Part shown: in pieces, positions 27,301 to 37,527 of the stretch
Layout of the letters: every line of letters begins with the position of its first letter
Numbering within the stretch: the stretch's first letter is position 1
Assembly (NCBI GenBank): GCA_036172245.1
Contig: JAYWIR010000101.1
Location: 124,001 to 188,000, forward strand
Reading direction: 5' to 3'
Length of the DNA stretch: 64,000 nt
Origin: Raillietiella orientalis
Lineage: Eukaryota
The notes under the pieces: generated by a model
Databases searched by the model: none
Seen by the model: the letters and a program-made list of their open reading frames with translations, nothing else
Told to the model about the DNA's origin: nothing
Position numbers and translations under genes: made by a program

Positions 27301-30066
27301 TCGTAGTCACGAACCTGTACGGGCCCTGCACCTGCCACAGGCGCGCAGAAGGCATTGCGTTCTTCGAAGCCCTGCGGCGAGACTGGCTGGTCGAAGCAGG
27401 CGTGCGGCGTGCGCATCTGATAGCGGGAGACTTCAACGTCCGCCTGCTGTCGGAAGCGCCCGACATACGAGCACAATTGGTCAACGAGTTGTGTGCAGCT
27501 ATGCACACACGCAACTTGTTGGCCGATGAAGCCGCGGGGAGAAGCATAATCGACCACGTGTTCCTCGATAACCACTTGCGTACGCGGGTGGGGACTCGAG
27601 GAGCAATTGCGTCGGAGCTGTCCGATCACCCTCGGCTAGTGATCAACATTCATCCGCTCGACAGAGGTCCACCCTCCGAAGCGTGGCGCCTGCCGCGGGA
27701 CTGGTTGCGACTCGCAGGAGCGCGCGAACATCAGCGCGCATTGCTGCGTAGTTGCGAATTGTAGACTCTTGCTGACTGGGAAAAAATAAAACGCTCAGTC
27801 CGAGAGTTCTGTGACCAGTTTCCCCTCCATCAACTTCCTCCAGGTTTCGGCGATGCCACCCGGATACGCCGGGACGTTTATTAAAAACATTTCGACGATC
27901 AATACAGAACGTGGTACAAGGCCCCACTGACGGCCACGCAATACCGGAACTGAAGGGACACCGGAACGCAGCCCGGTGTGGCTCTCCTCGGCAGTAGAGA
28001 GGGATGGGGAAGAAAAGAAAAATAAAATAAAAGAGAGAAGCAAACCACAGAACAAAAAATTTCGAAGGCCGGGAAGGGATCACAGAAAACTGCTGGGAGC
28101 GCCCATCCTTTGCAGGATGCCTTCTAGTTCCATTGTCAGTTTTCCTAGATGGGGCCATCGGGTAGCTCTCTGCAGGAAGCGAGAAGCATACCCAATGACG
28201 TCCCTCACGATGCAGACTTCATCTTCGGCATCACTCCAGGCCGCCACGATACCACGAATGCAGCAAAGTGCTGCCAGGGCTGCGGCTGGACTGAGGGCGT
28301 CCCGCACGAAGACAAGACTGAAGACACATCCAACATTGCCACCATCCGGTATCCGGAAGGCCGTTTTCAGACGATCCCAAAGCATCTGGACGGCAAGGCA
28401 TTGAACTAAGAGGTGGGGGAGCGACTCCCGCTCCCCACACCTGGCACACGCAGGATTTACTCTTCCTTGCGTCCAGTGGAAGCGGCGCGCGTTGCAGGGT
28501 AGACCCCAATTCAGCCACAGAAGCGCCGATTCTTGCCACTTCAGGGGAAGAATCCTGGATCCAAGTAGAACCGGGGGCCACTTCAAGTCATCCAATCGAA
28601 TGCCGAGCAGCTCGCCCCATCTTCTTAATCCAAGCGGCTGGAGACTAGGGGTCGTTGCATCTGTCAACTCTCCCATGGTCCAGCTGCTCATCATCTTCTC
28701 TCTGCCTGCGATACGGCAGCAGACTTGCCACCTTGCCTTCTGGCTTTCGTGAAGCGCCCTTTGAAGGAAGGGCATCGCCGTAACAAGGGGTGTGCCTTCC
28801 GCCCACGTGCAACTCGGTGGAAATTCAAGAATTTCACGGAGAGTTCGGCGGGCGTAAAAGCCGACTCGCAGGCAGTTCATCCAGTCTTCGCACCTCTGGT
28901 TCTGCTTGGCCCAGGTGCCAGCAGTCTCTTCCAGCCAAGCGTAGGAGTTGGTAGGGCCACAAACCATCCAGTCGTTCACCTTTGCCAGGGTTGCCATGCG
29001 GCCGAGCAGTAGACCGCATCTTCGAATCTTCCGGCCAGGGCACAGAAGAAACGATGCGAGTCCTTCGCAGCGGGACACACGCCTAGCCTGGTGGCGGGCA
29101 GGAATGCACCAAGGGGTGCTTCACATCTTCGCTGCCATGGCGAGGGTGCGCCATCGCAGCTGGATTTCCACGCGCTCCAGCGTCAGCATGCTGAGACCGC
29201 CGTCCCGACGCGGAGCGCACAAGTCCTTCAAAGGGACGCGGGGCCTCCTCTTGCCCCAAAGAGCTATGCGGAGGAGGTCCAACGTCCGCTTTTTTAATAA
29301 TACGGGGGCGGGGCAAACAAAAAGCAAGGGGCGGAGGATGAGGAGCGCCAAAGCGTTCCAAACCGCGGTCCGTTCCGGCAAGTGAAACTTGCCTTCCAGG
29401 AACGGGCCGATCGCCGTCTCGACTTTTTCGAAGCAGCTGGATCACACTTACGCAGGTGAGAAGTCCCCCAACGGCACACCGAGGTACTTGATGCACCTCA
29501 CCGTGGGGATCCCCAGACGGACCCAGTCCTGCTGCCCTGCCCTCGTCGCTCCAACTGGCAAAACTGACGACCTCGCCCTGTTAACCTGTAATCCGGCCCT
29601 ACGGCTGAGCAGGTCGAAGAAATCTCCGACCGCCTTCGCCGGGATAAACATAGGTAAGAGGAGCAGAAGATCGTCGGCATACGTCGCCACGGCTGGCGTA
29701 CCGGGGCACGCGCACGGCAAGGGAGCCAAAGTCACCCTGTACGCACTCAGCACCAACTCAGTGTAGGTGCTAAAAAGCAGGGGGCTGAGGCTGTCGCCCT
29801 GCCTTATGCCCCGCCGCACCGGCACGCCATACACCTTTTGTCTACTGAAAGTAATTGAGATTATCGCGTTCCGCCAGCAAGAGCGCAGGTAGGTAATCAA
29901 GGAGGGTAGGAAGCCCATGCGACCCGGGAGATCCAAGAGGAGTTCCTGGTCAACACAGTCGAACGCCTTGTGCGCTCTAGAGTGGACGTGTTTTCTCGGT
30001 GCTCCTCGTGCCAGGAAGTCTCCCCCAGTGCAAGCGTCGTGTGGTTCGGTGGTCGATCAGGCAGCG

Positions 30067-31729
30067 ATGCCTGACGCGACCACCAGGGATGGCCAGGGGG
30101 CAGCGGCAACGCCGCCCCCAGAGGCGATGGAGAGCCAGAGGGCGGCGGCAACGTCGCCCCCAGAGGCGATGAGGGTGGGGGCATCCGCCCCCACAGAATC
30201 GGTCCCCGCTGCAGCGCGGGCGTGGAGCGCCGTTGTGTCGGCGCCATCGCCTGCAGCCGCGGCGGAATTGTCGGCCTATGTAGAGGAGGGGTACAATCCC
30301 TCATTGTTCTACAAGGTAGGCAATTTATATTCTTTAGAGATCGCGCGCGCCTTCTCGAAGGGCATGCGCGCTCTCGATGTGAAAGTGGAGGAGCTCAGCG
30401 CTATGACCATCCGCAGCGGGTGTCAGTACGTTAAGGTCATCTGCAAACATGCAGAGCTGGCCCAACGACTGCTTAAAACCCCCGTTGTGATGGGGACGCG
30501 CAGGCTTCTCCCCACTACGGCTGACCGCAGCATGGTGGTACACCTGTTAGGCGTGACCGCGCGAATGCGCAAAGAACAGGTTCGCGCCGCTTTGGAACAG
30601 TTTGCAACGGTCCACTCGCAGTGGACGAAAGTTAGTCCTTTCGAGGACTACGCGGGGCTGCAATACGGCCTCACTGCTGCGCGCGTGACCGTTCGGGAGG
30701 GCTGCACTCTTCCCCACAAACTGGTGGTCGAAGGCGAAACCGTCGACCTCTGGTATGTGGGGAAGCCGAAATACTGTGGCTTCCGCCATACGTCGGGCCA
30801 CCTCAAAAAGAGGTGTCCCAATGTGCAGTGCCAAGTATGCAGCACAATGGGCCACACGAGGGAGGTGTGCCCAAAAGCAGCAGTGCGCGTCGTTTCCAAG
30901 AGAAACCTTGAAAAACGCGCCCGGCTTCTGCAGAAAAGACTGGCGGCGAAAGCTGCCGCGGAGGATGTGCCACCCGCGCCCAAGAGCCACGCCGCACCCG
31001 AGACCCCGGCGACCAACGGCGAAAAAGTTGAGGGAGCCGGCCAGGAGACTGACTGGCAAGTGGCAACTCCCAAAAAACCAAAGAAGGAGAGGAGGATGGA
31101 AAAGAAAATCGCCTACCAACAGAAGAAGAAATGAGCAGGGTAGCGCGATAATTAAAGAGTGCAGCGTTGTTGTCGAACGCGTTCTCGATGTTGCCGAACG
31201 CTGCCGGAAAGAACTCGCCGCTACCGACGACCTCCCTTCTGTTGACACAGTCAACAGCGAGGGGAGCGTGCCGGCGGCGGCGTCCGTCATCGACACCACC
31301 ATCGATGACGTAGCCTTCGCGCGAGCCGCGGAGGAGCTGGCAGCCTCGTTGCAGCCAGAACCCTCCAAGGCTGGCAAGAAGGCCGTAAGGCGTCCGGCCT
31401 CCCCTAAGGAGTCACCCACTTCCGACCCCGAGGTGGAGGCCGGAAGCGCAGCCTCCGTTTCTACGGCACCGGGCAAGAAGGCTGGACGTAAGTACACAAA
31501 GCCAAGGAAGCTCGTACCCCCCGTCGAAGGGGAAGAGATGGCTTCCGCAAGCGAGGGTGCCATGAGCGTGGAAAACTCTCGGGACATGTCGCCCGAGAGA
31601 CTCCCACGCACGGACACGGAGGGGATGGAGGGGGTGGAGGCCGAACAGGTGCCTCAGGTGCCTGAGAAGGCCGAAACCCCCATGGACATCCCGCCCGTCT
31701 CGCAAGAGGAGGGCTCCCCCACACCTTAA
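30067..31729 (+). pseudogene. Lineage A ORF1, frameshifted near 31125
   Basis: ORFs 29917-31134 + 30755-31729; CQVCSTMGHTREVC knuckle. Confidence 0.85.
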
Positions 31730-31743
31730 TCTTCCCAGCAGTA

Positions 31744-34700
31744 ATGCCGGGAATCTCCTCCCGCCGTCGTCTGCGCATCGCCGTTTGCAACGTGAACGGC
31801 ATGACAGACGCCGGCAGGAGACGAGACATGGCCGCCTTTCTGGGGTCCTACGACCTTGCGCTGCTGCGGGAGATCCACGTGATCTCTGCAGAGCAAGCGC
31901 AAGAGATCGAACGGATCTCCGAAAGGCGGCTATGGTACAGGTGTGGGAGAGAGAAAAGTTGCGGTGTCGCCTACGTTCTTCGGCCAGCAGTCGAGGCCGC
32001 GGCTCGGGGCGTGCAATTCGACGATCACGGTCGTGTCGGCCAGCTGACTCTCAGGTGGTCCGACTCGATCGATCTGATCGTCACGAACGTGTACGCACCG
32101 AGCGGCTAGGACCTGATGAACAGGAGGGCGAGGAAAGAGTTTTTCCTTGCCCTCCGGCGAGACTGGCTGACCGAAGCGGGCGTGCGGAATGCCGATCTGG
32201 TTGCAGGCGATTTCAACGTTCGCCTGAAACCAGATGAGCAGAATACCGAGCGTGACCTGGTCAACGATGTGTGCATGGCGGTGCACACTTGTAATCTGTT
32301 GGCCAGTGCACCGGGGATGGAAGACAGAATTGACCACGTGTTTCTTGACGAGCACCTGTGTCCTCGCGTGGGCAGGCGCGGCAAGTTACCGTGCGAGCTG
32401 TCCGACCATCGCCCGCTAGTCCTCGAGATCCATCCGCGCGACAGGGCCCCCCCAGCGTCAGCGTGGCGTCTCCCAGGGTACTGGCTGAAGCTCCCGGACG
32501 CGGCGGAACATCTCCGCACGTTCATACGGAGCTTCAGTCTGCGGACACTCCAGGATTATGACCGCTTCAAGCGGTCAGTCCAGGAGTTCTGCGACCAGTT
32601 CCCTCTGCACCGCCTACCCACGGGTTTTGGGACCGGGGTCGGTAACGAACGAGCCTACCTGCAGGCCCGTAGTTACGTCAGGACCCCCGACATCCGCAGG
32701 CTAGCGTCATACAAAGCAAGAGCCGAGAGGCAAGCCTGGCAGTCCGGATCATCCAGCTTACTGGACGATCAGGGCCAGGAGCACTCGGCACCTGCCCAAA
32801 TCCGCGGCCTGCTGCGGAGTTACTACTCCTCCCTGTATTCCAGGGCACCTCCGGAGAGGAACGTCTCACGACTCCTGCTTCCGGAAGGCGCTCCAGCGAT
32901 CGGGGAAGAGCAGAGAAAGACCCTCGACGAGCCTTTCACGATGGACGAGAACCTCTCGGCCATCGGAAAGCTCAAGAGGCGAAAGGCTCCAGGGGAGGAC
33001 GGCCTGCCCGCGGAGTTTTATCAAACTTTCGCGGCTGAGCTTACCCCCCTGGTACAGCAAATCACCTTGCTGATACGCGAAACAGGTGACGTTCCCGCCT
33101 CGTTTCGTTCGGCAAAGGTGCGGCTCCTCCCTAAGGGAGGAGGTCTGAGGAGCATGAACAACTGGCGTCCCATCACAATAGTGAATGCCGACGCCAAGTT
33201 GGTGGCTAAGGTTTGGGCAGAGCGTCTGGGACGGGTTGCCAACATCTTCATCAGCCCGCAACAGACATATGCTGTTCCCGGGCGAAGCATGGAGGCGAAA
33301 CTTTTCCTCGCTTCCACCTGGCTAGAGCTCCAACATGAAAGGAGCTTGGTGCGCAGCCGGAATTCCGGTGCGTGCGACGGCAAGGGGTTGGATGGTCGGG
33401 TGAGGGAGGGAGTTCTTGCGGTCGCAATCGACTTGCGAAAAGAATTCGATTGCGTCGACCAGAATCTCCTTCTGGAGCTTCTGGAACGCTTGGGCTTCCC
33501 GGCCTCATTAGTGGCCTATCTGCGCTCCTGCTGGCGCGACGCGCTCACCAATGTTACTTTCAGCGGGCAGACCGTGCACGGCGTGCCGGTGCGGCGTGGG
33601 ATCCGGCAGGGAGACAGCCTGAGCCCCTTGCTCTTCAGTACCTACTTTGAGTTGGTACTGAGAGCGTACAGGGGAACTCTATCGCACCTGCCGCACGACT
33701 GTGCCGGTACGCCGGCCGTTTCAGCATACGCGGACGACCTCCTGCTGCTGCTCCCTATGTCCACCGCGGCTGCGGCGGTCGAGGAGTTCGACGACCTGCT
33801 GCATCGGGGAACCGGACTTACGGGAACAGGGCGAAGTCGTCCGTGATGCCAGTTGGTGCGGCGTGGGCAGGGCAGCAGGACTGGGTCCGTTTGGGGATCC
33901 CCAAGGTGAGGTACTTCAAGTACCTTGGTGTGCCGTTGGGGGACTACTCCCCTGCGGAAGCGTGGTCCGGCTGCCTTCAGAAAGTAGAGACGGCGATCGG
34001 CCCGTTTCGAGGCGGCAGGTTTTTCCTGCCTGAACGGGCCGCGGTTTGGAACACGTTTGCGGCTGCTCTCCTCCGCCCCTGCTTTTTGTTTGCCCCCCAC
34101 AGAGAGGATTAAAAAGCGGACAAAGGACCTCCTCCGTATCGCCCTTTGAAGCAACGGAAGGCCCCGATTCCCACTGAAGGACTTGTGCGCTCCGCATCGG
34201 GACGGCGGTCTTGGACCCCTGACGCTGGAGCGACTGGAGAAGCAGCTGCGGTGGCGAACCCTCGCCATCGCAGAGAAGATGTGGTGCACCTCTTGGTGCA
34301 CTCCGGTTCGCCTCGTGGCCAGCCGTGTGTCCCGGTGCGATGGACTCGCGTCTTTTCTTCTCAGCCGTGGCCGGAAGATGCGAAGATGCGGCCTATTGCT
34401 CGGTCGCATGGCAACATTGGCCAAGGAGAACAGCTGGATGGTTTGCTGCCCCGCCAACTTCCCCGCCTGGCTGGAGGAGAATATTGGAACGTGGACAGTG
34501 GTTCACTAGAGAAGCCACGAGACGTGGAATCGTCTCCGATGCAGCCCCTACGCCCGCTGCACGCTGCGGAATCTCCTGGAGAGTCCAGCAAGATGCAAGT
34601 GGGAAGGGACGACCTGCCTAGCTACGGCGCTGCCCTTCCTGAGGAGGCCACTGCACAGCAGCCGGACGCCAAGGTGGCAAGTCTCCTCCTGCATCGAGGG

Positions 34701-35331
34701 ACGCGAAAAGTTGATCAGCGGCTGGACAACAGGAGAACTGGGAGACGCTACGACCCCGAACGTCCAGCCGCGAGGACTAAGAAGATGGGGCGAGCTGCTG
34801 GCCATCCCTATGGATGTGCTGAAGTGGCCCCCGCTTCTTCAGGAATCCAGGATCCTGCCCCTTAAGTGGAAAGAGACGGCGTTGCTGTTGTTTCATTGGG
34901 GTTTACCCTGCAACGCACGCCGCTCTCACTGGACAAGAGGAGTTGTGGATCCTGCGTGTGTCAGGTGCGGAGAGCGGGAATCGCTCTCCCACCTTATTGT
35001 GGACTGTGCTGCCCTTAGTCCCCTTTGGGAACGGTTTAGGACGATCCTCGGTCTCCCAACGGGCAGTTCCCCTAGAGACGTTCTTCGGCCCCTCTTCGTG
35101 AAGGACGCTCTGCAGCCAGCCGCAGCCTTTGGAGCCTTGTGCTGCTTCCGAGGCATCGTGGCGGCATGGAGCGACACCAACAAGGAAGGAGTGGGTCAAC
35201 ACGCGAGGGATGTCATCCCATATGCCCAACGCTTCTTGCATAGAGCTGCTGGATGGCCCCAACTGGGGAATCTACGGATGGACCTCGAGGGCTTCCTTCA
35301 AAGGATGGGCCCTACTCTCAGCGAACAGTGA
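31744..35331 (+). pseudogene. ORF2 APE-RT-CCHC, disrupted
   Basis: NVNG, GDFN, IDHVF, SDH, KAPGEDG, YADD, KYLG, CCHC; several stops and frameshifts. Confidence 0.9.
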
Positions 35332-35563
35332 TCCCTTCCCTGCCCCCCAACCTCATTTGTTTGTTTGCCTTTTTGTTTTTATTTTTGTTTTTCCCCATCC
35401 CCTTTCGCTGCCGGGGAGTGTCACGCCGAGCTGCGTCCCGGCGTCCCGGTAGGTCCCGTGCATAAGGCCGTGAGCGAGGCCTGGTACCGCAATTGTAGAG
35501 TTTTTATAAATGAACGCCTCGGGCGTTTCCGGGTGGCAACGCCGAATCCCCGCTGTGGGGAGC

Positions 35564-35576
35564 GGACGTGCTTTTC
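35564..35576 (+). promoter_or_regulatory. Conserved leader motif GGACGTGYTTT (candidate internal promoter element)
   Basis: Also at 15427(+), 15865(-), 29984(+), 47408(-), 49845(-), 53106(+, TGACGTG). Confidence 0.6.
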
Positions 35577-35781
35577 CTGCGCTCCGCCTGCGTGGCAAAG
35601 CGAGTGTTTTTTCTTCTTGCGTGATTTGTGCGTGCACATCGTCGGTGTCCGATGGCAGCGTTGCCAGAGGACACCGCGATGGAAGTAGGCGTGATGGAGG
35701 CTTGTTCGTCCCCACAGCCTACTGGATTAGGGGCATGCGCCCCCGGAATCGTCCCCGGCGACGCCAAGGTCCTAAAGCGCC

Positions 35782-37527
35782 ATGGTGGCCGCGCCTAGCG
35801 TGGAAGCCATGGCCGAAATGGAAGCCTACAAGAAAGCGGGGTATAAACCCTCGCTAGTCTACAAGGTAGGCAACCTTTTCGATGGGCGAACTGCACGCGC
35901 CTTTACGAAGGCGCTGCAGGACGCCAATATTTTTGAAAAAGATCTCGACGGCCTCTGCGTCCTCAGCGGCGGGCAGCGGGTCGAGGTGGTATGCAAGGAT
36001 ATCACCTTGGCCCGACACCTGATCACCGACCCGCTGATCGTTGATGGTCGTAAGATCTTGCCGATAACGATGGACCGCTCCGTGGTGGTCCATCTCACTG
36101 GGATCTCAAGTCGCATGACGAGGTCAGCGGTTCGAGAACAGCCTCAAAAGCACGGAGAAGTTCACGCGTTGTGGCCGAAGTCCACGATTTTCCAAGGCTA
36201 CAATAGCCTTTTCGGAGGTCAAGCTGCGGCGCGTATCACGGTAAAAGAGGGTGGTGCGCTTCCCCATAAGCTGGAGGTCTGCCAAGAAGCGGTGGACCTC
36301 TGGTACGTGGGAAAACGCCAATTTTGTGGCTACTGCAATGCAGTAGGGCATCTACGAAAAAGGTGCCCGAACATTGTGTGCCACCTATGCGGCGAAAAGG
36401 GTCACGTTCGGCGCGTGTGCCCCAAGCGCCCCACCCCGGTGACCCCTGCCGCCAAAAAGGCGCAGGGAAAACGTGGAAAGCTGGTAGAAAGACCAGCTCG
36501 CGAAAATGGCCGTTCCCAACTGCCAGCCTCCCTTCCTCCCGTACAGACGTCGGAGAAAATAGCTCCCGTGGACGCGGGAATGGAGGAGGGTTGGCAGCTG
36601 GTTCGGGCCAGAAAAGAGAAGAAAAAGAAAGTGATGATAGAAGAAAATTCGGCGAAGAAAACTGCCGGCAACAAGAAAAAAGCCGCGCCGCTTTCAAAAA
36701 AAAAACTCCGCGAATGCTCGGTGGCACTGGAACGCTTAGCCGTTCCTGCCGAGTCCGCCCACGGCAATGTTCGCGGAACAGCTGATGCGGACGCGATGAA
36801 TACTCACGTGGACGAGCCCAATCTACGTGTAGAGGGTAAGACGCGAGACTCGCGCTCCGACAGCCAGGACGCCGCTCTCGATAAAGTCGCGGAGGAGCCC
36901 GCGGCATCGTTCGCCGTCAACGATAACGCCGCGCTCGATAAGGTCGCGGAGCAGCCCGCGGCAACGGTCGCCGCTGGCGAAGACGCGGCCTTCGAGAAAG
37001 CGGCGGAGGAGCTCGCAGCAACGCTCGCCGAGCTCGAAACCCCGTCGCGCAAGGGCGTACGCAGGTCGGCTCCGACGAAGAAGGCCCCCGCAGGTGAGTG
37101 CGACCTGGGGGCCGGAAGCGGATCCTCCTCCTCGGAGGCACCCCCCAGGAAGTCGGGTCGCAAGACCCAGAAACCCAGGAGGCGCCTCCCCTCCACCAGC
37201 GAGGAGGAGAAACCGGAAGGAAGCGGCAGCGTGGGAATCCCGGAGGGGGAATACCCACGCCCGGAAGCCGTCGAGTCGGCCACCCCCTTGGAGGAGGGTG
37301 AGCAAGGGGGTGAAGTCCTCCCTGCAGTCGCGAAACCTCAGCAGCCCGAACCCATGGAAAAAGGCGAACAGGTAGGCGCGTCTCCACCTGCGGGTGATCC
37401 GGCCGACGCGCCGGCACCGATGGAGGAGGAGGAAAAGGTGCCTTCAGTACCTGTCCCCCCTCCCCCTCCACCTAGCGTCCCGCCCCAGCAGGTGGCGGAC
37501 GACGCATCGCCGTTTTCCCTGGACTAA
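35782..37527 (+). CDS. Tx1 ORF1 nucleic-acid-binding protein, 581 aa (homologous start ATG 35652 is out of frame)
   Basis: CGYCNAVGHLRKRC and CHLCGEKGHVRRVC; low-complexity C-terminal half. Confidence 0.8.
   Translation: MVAAPSVEAMAEMEAYKKAGYKPSLVYKVGNLFDGRTARAFTKALQDANIFEKDLDGLCVLSGGQRVEVVCKDITLARHLITDPLIVDGRKILPITMDRSVVVHLTGISSRMTRSAVREQPQKHGEVHALWPKSTIFQGYNSLFGGQAAARITVKEGGALPHKLEVCQEAVDLWYVGKRQFCGYCNAVGHLRKRCPNIVCHLCGEKGHVRRVCPKRPTPVTPAAKKAQGKRGKLVERPARENGRSQLPASLPPVQTSEKIAPVDAGMEEGWQLVRARKEKKKKVMIEENSAKKTAGNKKKAAPLSKKKLRECSVALERLAVPAESAHGNVRGTADADAMNTHVDEPNLRVEGKTRDSRSDSQDAALDKVAEEPAASFAVNDNAALDKVAEQPAATVAAGEDAAFEKAAEELAATLAELETPSRKGVRRSAPTKKAPAGECDLGAGSGSSSSEAPPRKSGRKTQKPRRRLPSTSEEEKPEGSGSVGIPEGEYPRPEAVESATPLEEGEQGGEVLPAVAKPQQPEPMEKGEQVGASPPAGDPADAPAPMEEEEKVPSVPVPPPPPPSVPPQQVADDASPFSLD

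Larger units (their letters stand above)
29973..35539 (+). mobile_element. Full-length-sized A/B chimeric Tx1
   Basis: A-type leader, ORF1 and ORF2 to ~34150; B-type C-terminus and 3'UTR. Confidence 0.85.

Noticed and set aside
18335..29972. Segmental duplication of 18.3-21.8 kb as 26.3-30.0 kb
   Set aside because: Hosts are different lineages (D vs C) with distinct TSDs; the similarity reflects independent insertion at the same site
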